Shown here piece by piece: positions 34,057-46,600 of a stretch of 64,000 nt of DNA. The notes beneath the pieces are model-generated. The model saw only the letters and a list, made by a program, of their open reading frames with translations, was not told the DNA's origin and did no database searches. Source of the DNA: Orbicella franksi (lineage: Eukaryota); the NCBI GenBank assembly GCA_964199315.1, contig OZ116703.1, forward strand, positions 29,946,001 through 30,010,000, written 5' to 3'. Position numbers and translations under genes: made by a program. How positions within the stretch are numbered: position 1 is the stretch's first letter; every line of letters begins with the position of its first letter.

Positions 34057-35819
34057 TCTGCGGACGGCGGAAGATTGGATCGGGGGAGTGCTACAATAGA
34101 TCCAGTCTTTCCACTGTCGTAATTTTCCGGACAGGATCAGGGAACGAGTTTGAGATCTTGCGTTCTTTCCGCGAATTTTAGGGCAAAACAGGGGCTGCTT
34201 GCAGTCTATTTGAGGTATGAAACAGAAATAATGCAGCTTTATGTCGTCATTGTTTGCTATCAAATAATCGATGCATCCGGAGAAGGGGGGATGGGAGGGG
34301 AGGAATTTGGCATCAAGGTTTGATACTAGAGTAGGAAATTTGATACTATATAGGGGGGGGGGGGTAGGGGGATTTAAAACAAATTGCCTCGAGATCATGT
34401 TGAAGCGTGGCATAAGACATCATCTTTGTATATGTTCTGGATGAAAAACAATGCCTTGAAACAGTTTATACATGTATAACATTTGACGGTCAATATTAAC
34501 CTGTGAAAATTATTACTCACTTTTATAGTTTGATAAAAAAAATTATTCTTGTAACAGAGGATGTTGAAAGCAGGTTTTCAAGAGATATATTTTGCTCTTT
34601 TCCATTACTTATTACGTTTTATCGCGTGGCATGACCTTATAACGGTTGGGTATTTAAGCACTATTTTTGTCCTGGGAGATGGGAATTTGACCATGCAAGT
34701 GGAAATTCAAAATCTCGGAGAATACCAGGGGATTAACCAGAGGGGTGCGATGCTGAAGCTTCGAATTGACTTATGCACTAACTATGGTTTTTAATTGCAG
34801 TAGAAATTTCAATTAAAGACCAAAAGACCGGCAGTAGCTCACTAAACAGATTTTATTGCCTGTAATCCACAAAACAAGCTAGTTTAGAAGGTTTTGGAGT
34901 AGGAAACTGAAACTTCAAACGATAAATTCAGTTCGTTGTATTTGTCCAAACTGGTGCGTTTTCATTTGATATCATGTACATTTTGATGCATTTTCGTGAG
35001 TAAACGTATATTTTAAAAAAGTTCTTCAGAATGGAGACATATGAAAACGCTAGCCCTACCTCACCAGTTAGTGTGGAGAACACAAACGGAAGCTGTCGTA
35101 GCAAAAACGAACTTAATGTGTCGCGGCTTAAAGTTTCAAACTCCTGAAGTGCACCCACTCACTTATTTTCACACATGTTTTCACGTTCATGGTGCAGACC
35201 AAGAGACCTCTTACACCGCAGACTTACTCGGTTCCACTGTCATCATTGACAGAGCCCTATCGATTGAGACCCCGTTTTCACCATGCTCCAGGTGTATAGA
35301 TAAACCCAAAATTAAATTGCCTCTTATAATGGATAGTATTTTACTACATTGAACCACTGACTATTGCTGGACGTTTTTTTTTTTTTTTTTCTCAGTAGCC
35401 TGATGAGTTTAAAGAGGCGTTTGTTTTGAAAGTGCAGCAAAACCTGATATTAAAACGCAGACAAGAAACCCAAATAACCATAAGCTAGGTTAAAGTTTTT
35501 CTTTTCCCGGCCTCTGCCTTATCAAAAAGATTAAATCTTAGCTATAATTTCAGTATTTATTGTTCGAAAATATGAAATTTCCGATTATGGTGAAATCCCT
35601 CCACTACTGAGCCACAACACTGTTGTGCTGTGTCAATCTACTCTCACTGATATGCAGTACAGTCAATCTACTCTGTATACTAGTTTGACCAACAAATACA
35701 GCTGTTACCCTTAGTCTTACGAAGTATTCCAAAGTAGCCGTGATATGCATGTTCACTAGACACCGTTTTGTTATCATGATATGATTAGGGAAAGGCATCG
35801 CCGGAGCATTAGGCCTTAA

Positions 35820-38800
35820 CTAAATGTCAGATTTAAGCACTGGTTTTTGCGAAGTTGTACCCGTTTTATCTTCTTCATCTTCACTTTCTTCGTCATCACT
35901 GGCGACTCCTAGTTTTTCCTTGACCACTTGCTTCTCTCTTTCCATCTTAAACTTCAGGTTCTCAGGAACATCAGGAACGATCCAAGCTATCATGGCGGTT
36001 ATTGAGTGTACCACGAAGAAGAACACCACGACGAAGGCGAGTCGAGCAGCAATCAGATTCCAGTACTGCTCGGAGTAGTTGTAAGGGTAGGTGCTGTCGT
36101 GGTAACCAGAATACCTGAGAGATGAGTGACACAACAAAGTTTATTTGTATGAAACATCAGATACATTGTTTGGTCAGGAGACACCCTTGGGTTGTACATG
36201 TAATTAAGTGATCAATAAGGGAAAACCTGTACCCTCTGTTGCGAGAAAGGCATCCGCATTTTGAGCAGAAAAATATCATACTGATGACACAGCTAAGAAT
36301 TAAGCCTAGCGTCTTTGATTGGTTGTCACTTCGTACGAAAATTGGCAACCTAGCAACAAACAATGGGAGACACGAAACGAATCTGTGCAGTTGTAGGTCA
36401 TTGGCACAAAATGTAAGTTAAATAAATATCTTAATTGACCACTCCCCCAGTGGAGCTTTTCAGGGCCAATGAAGCCAAACGATGAAACAAATAATGCGAA
36501 TGAACATAACATGAACATAAAATCCCAACTGGCAGGAGATAGACTAGTTGGCTACTTCCAAGCGTGGCCGAGGAGTTGAACTGGGGTCTACCGAGAAACA
36601 ACTCCAGCTTAGTGGTCAGAGTGGTACTTGAACCCGCGACCTCCGGATTTCAAGCTTAGTGCCCCAACTACTCGGCCACGCTGCTTCCTGTCTCAATTGC
36701 AGATGTTCTCTGCGTTGACAACAACAACAAACTTGATCGTACCCAGAGCCTCTGAACTGAGATATTTTTAATATAACTCAAGCAATACGAGTCCATTGGA
36801 ACGTTATCTCTTGAGAATCATGTGGAGTAATGATTGGGGTGTATTACCACCTTGCTAAAGCTTCAGCTTAAACTACTGTTACCTGCAGTAGTCTCTGGTA
36901 TAATTCACGTTTTCAGTAGGGTTCACAGGTTCTGTTCCAGGCTCCCAAGTGTAAAGGGTCTTAAGATCAATCGCAGCCAGGCTGTTGTTGAGGTATCCTT
37001 TTAAGGTGCCTCCTCCCGGTGAATCATGGTCCGGCGCATACTTGTATTTGTAGAGGAGCTTGGGAATGAAATCAGAGGTGAATGCCAATACGAATGCGTT
37101 CATTATGACTGCCACTTTGGTCACTGCCTCCAGTACTCCGTACCAGGCCCCTATATCTTCAACGCGAATGGTCTGTGGCCTTCGGTGGTAAGACACAAAG
37201 TTGATAGCATCCACTCGAATCTCCAAGACGGCGTTAATGAGTGCGAAGAGTGGTGCGAGCGGGAAGGCGGACACAAACATGGTCACAAAGCCGTACTGGA
37301 GAACTGAAAATAGCACCACATTATGTCATGATCACCTACTGATATGTACAGACACATTAATATGAGGGGAATAAATTAAAGGAGTGCTCTGAATGATAAG
37401 ACAATCACGTGGACTGCTTCCTGTAGAACAAAGAAATTGCAGTCCCATCTTCAACTTCCATGGGGATGCGAACGTCCCATCCGCATTCAGCGGGTGAACA
37501 TCGCGTCTGGTGCTCTTTAGGCCTTCACAATGTATCCAAATTGAACCCAACAGAACTTTTATTTGAGGAAAATCACAAAGGAAATTTACAATCGATGACG
37601 TTAAGATAAGCCAAAAAAAGATAGCTGGGAATGTTGAGTGAACTACCGTTGAGGACCTCCAAGAACAGCCACCTCTCTGCAACGGCCGCTTTTTGTTGTC
37701 CCGGCGGACGTTGCATATATTCACGCACCTCTTCACAACGGCAATAGCCACTAAAGCGGGACCCATCTGACCGAATAACTCCTCTACAGCGGCCAGTTAG
37801 TCAACGACTGACGAATTGTGGAAGGTCACGACACTCGATTCGTACCGCGCGCCTTTGGTCTCTGTTTCCGTTTCATTGCTGTATCTAGCTTGGATTACGG
37901 TTACAATAGACATTTTTTTTTTCAAAAAAATAAAAATGTTGCCATCCTCCTTTCAGAAAATAAAACAGGTTTCATACTACACGACTGCCTCCCAAGAATG
38001 GCCACCTCTGCCCCCTGCCCCTAGCGAGGTGGCCGTTGTGGAGGGGTTCGTTATTATGTCTAGCCTTTCTTCTCGTTGATGCCAATTTTAGTACATGTAA
38101 AGGTTTTGTTTTTAGCTCATTGAAAAGAAAATAACCAGTACGGTTAGCTGACACAAAACACAGGGTTCTTCTCCAATTAATATGAGTATCTTGACAAGTG
38201 TATCTTACCTATTTCAAGGTAGTCCCAAAACAAGAAGTGCTCCTCTAAAGCGCTCAAGTCATAGTCTCTGATGTGCTGTGGCCGATCACTGGAATCTTCT
38301 AGCTTTCTTCGTTTGTACCACAGCATAAGTGATCTGTATTAAGAAATTAAGATTACAAGCTAAGTTTTTAATTCTGACTCTAAAATTCCAATGCTGATAA
38401 ACAGCAACAAAGTTCCGTCTCGTGGCTAGCGATCATGCAGGTTATGATTTTAATGCAGTCCGGTAATGAAGAACGCTCAATGGACCTTTTCGGCGATAAG
38501 GCGGCCATTTTGAATTCTACTGTTTCAGTTTGATATTGTGTGATGCCTAGGGTACAAATACGTACTAATTTGCCCCCTGACATGTCCGCCGTATCGCCGA
38601 AAAAGTCAATTACTCCTCTACCGCAAGAAAAACAATATTTCTTAAAACAGAATTTATGATCACAGGTGAAATGCTTTGGTATTATTCTAGCCCTAGATAA
38701 TTACAAAGATTTTTCTTTTGTACGAGCACGAAGCTGAGTGACACGTATATTTGACTCAGCTGTGTATTCCTAACACGACCTTAATTGAGGACGTTACTTA

Positions 38801-41800
38801 CGGAAGGCCAACTTCTATGACGTTTCCAATTATTTGCTGCCCCACCATGATGATGGCGATCTGGATGCAAAGCTCTAGGAAGCAACCCTGCTCACTGCAG
38901 CTAGTTAGTCGGTACTTGTCCATAACACGTGTGTATCTTCCAGGGGATCCAACAACCAGTTCGGACTTGAAGAATGCGATGTAAACTATGGAGGCGAAGG
39001 TGTTAACAAACTGGAACAAAGCCATTTTCACAGTGAAGCTGTCCTCATACGTACTAAAGGTTGCAGGATTCTCCCAGTTTGTCAACCAAACAGCCAACTT
39101 GTTGTAAACGTACTTTAATATCGTAATGGCCAGAAGGTTGATGCAGGCTGCAAGACCTGTTGTAAAAATACGAGCGCGCTTCTGGACAAGGCGATCTGGA
39201 TTGCTGCTCAGGGTAGCGAAAGTAGCAGCACGGAACACCACCACACCAATGATGGCAGCTATGACTAGGAAAATCATGAAAGCGACTACGCTGAAAACTA
39301 CAGTATAACGTCGGTACTGCTTCATTTTAGAGGCTCTGAAGATGATCTTGCCGGTTTCTGGATCTGGCTTGAAAGGGTTTCGTTCTTCTTCCGTGAGGCT
39401 CCTGACATATTCTGGTCGAAGCGGTTCATCTTCGTCTTCAAAATCCATTGTGTGCCATTGTTGTGCAATGGAGGCCTGCCTGCGCTTCCAGAACTCGAGG
39501 AAGAGCGTGGCCCAGATGGACGCGACTAAGGCCAGAATGACAGTGCCATCATTATCAAAGATGTGTGTGATGTATGCATAGAGGCAGGTAGTCGGAGCAA
39601 GGTTCCAGTAGCTGCACTGCCGATCACACAGGGGACACATGTACCAAACGCCTTCGTTCTTTTTGTCGCAGATGTCTTGCACTGGAATATATGAGCTTGC
39701 CGAAACGACTCCATACAGGAACACGATCAAGGCAACGATGGCAAGTGGAACCAGCATGGCGGTGTAAAACCCAAGCCAAGCAAAGTACAGGCCGATTTGA
39801 TGACCAAAGTAATCTTTGATAGCATCGTAAGGCTGGTACTTGAAGCTTCTACCGAGTCGGGCCCAATCCCTCTTCAAGCGTTGGCGATCATTTGCAGGGG
39901 ACTCACCCTCTCTCAGGTGAACAGGACCTTCATGTAAGGGATAGTGCGCGGTGTACGCACCATCCAATACAAGCCTCTTCAACCCCACGCACTGCGGATC
40001 TTGCGAAAATCGAGTGGTTTTCAACATCTGCTGAACGATGTACATTCGATCGACTGTACTGAAGAAAATCTCCTTGTCTTCGTGATTCACGTACTTTGTT
40101 AAATGCTCTTCTTTGAAGCGACCCATGAAATAATCTGGCTTCTCTCTCACTGTTGCATCATGGACGGTCAGTGGATTCCAGCGTGCCAGTTTCTCTAATC
40201 GCTTAGCGCCACAAGTAGTTTGTAAAAATGTTGTAAACTGGACGTCGCTTGGCTGAAGAGGCACTTTTAATCTCATCTCCTCGGCTCGTCTGGCCAGAAC
40301 TTCCCAAGGTGCGTGAATCAAGACAAAATGTCGAACAACCTCAGGGTCCTATAACAAGTGAGGAAATAAAATGGTAATCATAATTAAGTAAATTATTTGG
40401 AAGGCACAACAAAATAATCTTCAGGCGGCTTCACAGGTTAAATTTTTAGCAGGCCTAACAAATTAATAATAATAAGCAAATCCCTGTCCAAAAATTTTGG
40501 TCTCGAATTTATCCTTATTTCCAATTCGTAAAAATTATTTGGGAACAGCTGCTATACTACCGCATGTGCAATATAATCTATCTACTATTCTCGTGATCAA
40601 ATATCGGAAATTTATTTATTTTGAAAGTCCGTTGGCAAACTAACGTGACGTCTTTATGTCTAATCACCTTCAAACTGATTTGCTAGTTTTACAATAAAGA
40701 CATGTACCGGGCGGGGTCTTAAACATTCCAACACGGTTTATAACCTAGCTACCAATTGAAAGGGTGGGAAATTTCCCATATATGTAACGCATAAATTTCT
40801 TGAACATTCCAAATAACATATCAGTGCCTTCAACCCAACCCGTTACGTCCTATGTTTGCTCACTATATGGCACGTCTTTCTGCAGCAATTTTAATAAATG
40901 TTCACTAACAACCTTCAGTTTTGTATTTCACATGTTTATCCTGTCAAAATAAACGTTGATATGCAAATCCTGATAACTTATCCTCCGGGTGTAAGGCAGG
41001 GTTATCATATCTAAATAATTAATATAGTTTTTGTTTCAATTTGTTTCGTCTTACAGAAATAATTTTAATCTAGGAAACATAAAATTTTGGTGTTTAATAA
41101 ACGTTATAGGGATTTTTGTTGCTCTGGATGACAGGTACTCTTAATGACCCTCAACCTGGTTAACTCGGGATTAATTATGTTTTCTTACCTTGATATTGCA
41201 ACTAACGATAACGAAGAACAAAAAATTACGAGTTATATCCATTTGTTACCCAAAATATTTACTGCTTCGTGCAGTACTGCTAGTACCAATTAAAACGAAA
41301 GATCTAGAAATTCAATGGGTCTCTTGACGTGTTTCAATAACATTAAAGAATGTTTTTTGGTTTTAATTCTAATTTTAGGTAATATCTACCCTTCTAATAG
41401 AAATATCCTATGTATATTGTTGTCAATGATGTCTCTGGCCCTACCATTGAGCAAAACAAACTGCTGATGCACTTATGATTTAAGTTAATATGCTAAGTTG
41501 TAATTAGTAAAACAGATAGAGACGACGGCCTTCAATCTGTATTGGGTCAACTCGGTCGCCCATGTAGTTTAGACGACAACCATTTGCAAATTACTCCTGA
41601 TAATTTCGAGTATCAACTCAATAAGATTGAAGTAGCTGTACCTTTTCTGCAATGACACTATCGTGTTGAAGAACAAGACCTTTCTTTTGTAGTCGCTTTT
41701 CAAAAGACCTTCGTGATCGCGTCAGCGTCTTTGCGTCTTTCTTAGCGTCGTCGTCTTTTTCATCTTTCTCTTTACAGGTCTCGTAGACCAAAACGTAATC

Positions 41801-41977
41801 AATACGCCTGCTGTAGTCCCCATCGCTTATGTACGCCTTATCGGTCGATGATTCTGTTAAAGGCGCTTTTTCTACATCAAGTTCAACAGTCTCGGTTACA
41901 TCTGTTTGACTCAGTTCCGAATAGGCACTTCTATCCATATTTGGATCGCTTCGTCGTTGCAAGAGTCGTGATAACAT
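35820..41977 (-). CDS. ANO: Anoctamin/TMEM16 paralogue A; join(41977..41642, 40348..38802, 38333..38209, 37303..36883, 36114..35820), 907 aa
   Basis: RIDYVLVY, HAPW, YPLHEG, IKDYFGHQIGLYFAWLGFYT, CPLCDRQC, FLEFWKR, DYLEIVLQYGFVTMFVSAFPLAPL, EIRVDA, IGAWY and RLAFV motifs. All four introns are GT-AG and restore frame (phases 0,2,1,2). Exon 3 is absent from the ORF track and was found by hand. The start could instead be ATG 41938. Confidence 0.93.
36418..36688 (-). mobile_element. tRNA-derived SINE in intron 4 of anoctamin A
   Basis: tRNA-like head GGAAGCAGCGTGGCCGAGTAGTT (A box) and GGTTCAAGT (B-box-like), a body of about 200 bp, and an L2-like 3' tail CTGAAAAGCTCCACTGGGGGAGTGGTCAATTAA followed by ATTT repeats. 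Confidence 0.8.
37644..38056. mobile_element. Degenerate MITE (AACGGCCACC-type) in intron 3 of anoctamin A
   Basis: CAGCCACCTCTCTGCAACGGCC near the left end and inverted GGTGGCCGTTGTGGAGGGGTTCG near the right end. Boundaries approximate. Confidence 0.4.
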
Positions 41978-43649
41978 AGACACAACTTATGAAGTTTTAC
42001 TTCTGCGCCTTTAAATATCGTAAACAGTGCTAGCTCTGTGAATCAATTACAGATTACTAGCTTCACCTCTATCCCTTGGGTTTTAATCAGCCACACCGAA
42101 AAGTGCCACTGAAAAGAGCGGGTTACGTTTCTCGAATTATCGCCTTGAACGGAGCTTTGAAGTGCTAGAACTACACCCCAATATGTCCCACCTCCTTCAG
42201 AATAATCAATTTGTCTGTAAATGATATAAATATTGATGAGAAGCATCTATCACTTACAATAGTGCGCTACATTGTCCAAACAACATATTGCATTCCGTTG
42301 TTTTGACACGAACATGTGTTGATGATTTGTGTTTTGACTCCTGAAAAAATATCATCCGTAGCATTATTTATTTATTGTCAGCTACGTTTTATTGCTAGCT
42401 CACCGACTAAACAAATGGGCTCTTGTTATTCAGAACTGACACAAATTTTAATAAGCACGTCAAGATTATGAACATTGTGCCTGAATAGTGGCTTTGTCTT
42501 CTTTGAAAAAAGTTGTACGTGTTATTGTTTCGCGGCTGAACGATTCAAACCTCGAGCTGCCAACGAATGTGATATGGTTTGAACGTTTACCACGCTATCA
42601 ATAAAAAATTAAACTCTTTCATCATTTCACCACCACTGAGTTCGCTTAAAATGCGTTATTACACCAAAATTCGTGTTTTCGAGAGCTTAGGATCTCTATC
42701 GCAACAGTTTTTCTTTGGCTTGGTAACCAAACCTAGCTTTCCTTCTGGGGGTCAAGGGACGAGAGTAAGTGTTGCCTTGGTTGCCGTAGAGACTCGAGTG
42801 ATTTTAAAAGACTTATTGCATTTTGTTCTAAAAAAAGTTAACACGGATACGAAATAAATATTTCTTAAAGACGGGCTGATGTTCAGAGGAAATTTATTCT
42901 GTAATGTAGGTCACTTATCCACTGAGTGAGGAAAATTTGTCCAAGTCGTTAGTCACGCTTTTATGAGAGGTTCCGTGGCCCAATAGATAGCGGTCTGGGT
43001 GCGAAGTGGTCACGAAAAGCATTTACATATGTTGCTCCTTTTCAAGAATAAAAAACAAAGTTCACTTCACTTTCAGTCAGTGTCATCTCCACACAGGTTG
43101 ACAGGGTCGTTGGAACCCGATTATCACTTAAGGAAATAATTGATATACTACGCGCGCATGACTGATCAAAAGAGTTGGCAAACCTATGTATATATTCTTT
43201 AACATGAGTAAATAAACTGGAAGTCATTACCGCTGGTATATTTGTTTTATTACAAAACTCTCAGAATTAACATTTGAAGCAAGATCGATATGCCACAATA
43301 CTAGGGTCCTGAAGGCATTGTTATTTGGACAGAAACATGGTTTTAAGCCTCACACTGAATCATAGTTTCAGTAACGTGCAGCAGCATCTAAGGATCTACA
43401 AAGGCCCAATCCAAATGTACATACACCAGAGTTAGGTTGTTAAAAGAAACTTAACCGATTGATAATGCATAGCCAAATATTTTAATATTGCCCCATTCAT
43501 TAAATGAAGAGATTTTAAATGAAGACTTTCAAAACCAATCCCATGGGTTACAAAACGTACATGTATAAAACCAGTCAAAGGTCGAAATTTCGATTTAATT
43601 TCTTTTGCATGAATTATTTTACCCCAAAAATTGCATGCTGAGGTAAACG

Positions 43650-46600
43650 TTATATGTTTTCGTTACTGTGATCCTGAAGTAACGCCTTGGCAAGCTCCCT
43701 CTCTCGTTTCATCTTGTACTCCAGCTCGTCGGGGGTGTCTGGAACTATCCAGGCGATCAAAGAAGCAATGCCGTACACAACAAACTGAAAAACGAACACG
43801 AAGGCGAGTCGAGCGGCTAAAATGTTCCAGTACTCAGTGGAGCGATTGTACGGGTAGTAGTTGTTATGGTAGCCTTTATACCTGAGCAGAAAAAATAAAA
43901 ACCCAAAATACCTCATCAGAGATAGTGATACCAAAAATCAACTGAGAAACACTATGCAAATTAAATCTATAGTTCTAATGGTTTTATGTTGGTGAGGGAT
44001 ATTGCCAGGTTAAGTTATCGTAGAAATGCTTATCCAAGGCTTCAGCTGTACGTTTGTTTAAGCAATATGTTACCACGGGGAAACGATGCTTTCTTATCCT
44101 CTGTTTGATGATTAAGAGTTTCCAGAAAAAATCTCAAATACGCTATTAGCCTACACGGCATTAAAATACTTGTAACTTACTTACCTGCAATAATCCCGAG
44201 TGAAGTTAAGATTTTTAGTGGGGTTCACTGGTTGAGTACCGTTCTCCCACGTGTAGAGGGTCTTCAAATCAATGAACGCAAGGCTGTTATTGACGTAGCC
44301 ATTCAATGTCCCTTTCCAGAAAGAGGGGCCATTTTCTGATGAGTAAACCATTTTGTATACGAGCTTGGGAATAAACTCTGAGGTAAAAGCCAGCACAAAC
44401 GCGTTCACCAGAACTGAAACCTTGGTGACTGTTTCCAGAACACTGTACCACGCTCCAATGTCCTCCACTCGGGCGGCGTCAGGACGACGGAAGTGGCACA
44501 AGAAGTTGATGGCATCCAGGCGAATTTCGATGACAGCATTGATGAGTGCAAACAATGGACCAAGTGGGAAGGCGGCAACAAACATCGTTATGAAGCCGTA
44601 CTGCAAAACTAAAGGACAATATGATTCTTTTCGTAACTGCGAAGTTACAGGAAACTATCCGTTACAAAGCCGCATTCTATATATCTATGAATTTTTCGCA
44701 TAACAGCCAACATTTTAGTTACTACAAACATTCTAGTCAAGTGCTAAAGCGCTAATTTCGTGAGTGTTTGTTTTTTTTTTAAATTAAATTTCACTTCTAC
44801 CATAACTCAGAAATGGCATCATATTCATAATTATAACTTAAAAATAATTATGACTTAAAAACATTTTTCTTTAGAAAGGTAGGTAGACTAATAGAGCCCT
44901 TCTTAGATTAAAATGCCGGGACCAAACTAACCACGGAATTCTGATAACATGCCTAGCCCCCCTTATTCTGAATTGGTCAAGAGACTTACCAATTTCGAGG
45001 TATTCCCAGAACATGAAATGTTTTTCCAAGGGGCTCAAGTCGAAATCCAATTCAAACTGTGGTCGGTCGCCAGCGCTCTTTTGGTTACGTCTTTTTTTTA
45101 ACAGCATCAGGTACCTTGAAACAGCTAGTTGTGTGAGTTATCAGTAGAGTCTAGTTTTCATGCTTTACATTACTACAGTAGAACCCTTGAAGGCTACCAC
45201 TCGAAAAATATTTACTGGCCATTGTAGAGAACTTCCAATAAGGTCTAAGGTGGGGTGAGGTGTATAGTATTGATGGGCAAAGAAATCTTATCCGTGCATG
45301 TTAAGCGGTGACAATAGCTCAGATCTCCGATGTATAATTTTATACGCGTTTTAATTTGCCGGAAAAGCAACATCATCATCAACAACAACAAACAGATGAT
45401 GCGAGTCTGCACCATTACCAAAATTAATTACGTCACTACCTATGATCTTTTCGAGGCGTTTAGAATCGAGAGCTTTTGTGTAACTGACTTACCAAAGTTG
45501 TCGATACTTACGGAATGCCAATCTCTGTGATGTTGTAGAAAATCTGCTGTCCAACCATGATAGTGGCTATTTGAATTGTCAGCTCCAAGAAGCAACCCTG
45601 CTCACTGCAGCCATCCAGTCGATACTCACCCAACACTCTTCTGTACCTTCCCGGTGAACCAACGATCATCTCTGATTTGAAGAATGCGATGTAGAAGATG
45701 GAGGTGTAGTTGTTGACGAATTGGAATAGGGCCATTTTTCTGGTGAAACTATCTTGGTAGGCCGTTTTAGTTGGCGGATTCTCCCAATCAGTCAGAAAAA
45801 TAGCCAGCTTGTTGTACACGAATTGTAGGATCGTGATCGCTACCAGATTAAGTAAGGCAGCAGTGGCCGTTGTGAGGATCCTAGCACCCTTTTCGATTTT
45901 CTGGTCCGAACTGCTGCTTAAAACTGCAAAAACTGCCGCTCGGTACACAACCACACCAATCATAGCAGCTATAACCAGGAAAATCATAAGGGTGATGACA
46001 CTACACACGAATCCCAGTCGACGAAACCGCTTGATCTTAAAGACGTTTGGGCGAATTTTTCCAGTTTGCGGATCAGGAACGTAAGGATTTTTCTCCCCCT
46101 CTGTCAATTTTGCCAAGTACTCGGGGCGAAATTCTTCTTCCTCTTCTTCAAACTCAGATGTGTGCCATTTCTGGGCAAGGGACGCTTGACGTCGTTTCCA
46201 GAACTCAAGGAAAAGTGACGCCCAAAGGGATGAAAGAAAAGCCAGGCCGACCGTCCAATCATTGTCAAAGTAATGGGTGATTTTAGCGTAAATGCACGTG
46301 TCTGGAGCTAAATTCCAGTAGCTGCACTGGCGATCGCACAACGGGCACATGTACCAGCGATCTCGGTTCTTCTCATTGCACATGTCAAGCACTGGAATAT
46401 AGGAGCCCGTTGATAGAATTCCATACAAGAAAACGATCAAGGCGACGATGGCAAGTGGAACTAACATGGCGGTGTAGAATCCAAGCCAGGCAAAGTACAG
46501 GCCGATTTCATGACCAAAGTATTCCTTGATGGCATCGTAAGGCTGGTACTTGAAACATCTGCCAAATCGTGCCCAGTCTCTCTTTAGCTGCTGGCGCTTG

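Noticed and set aside
42969-42997. tRNA-Arg-like 5' sequence GGTTCCGTGGCCCAATAGATAGCGGTCTG
   Set aside because: No anticodon arm, B box or acceptor-stem partner follows. At most a relic, not a tRNA gene.
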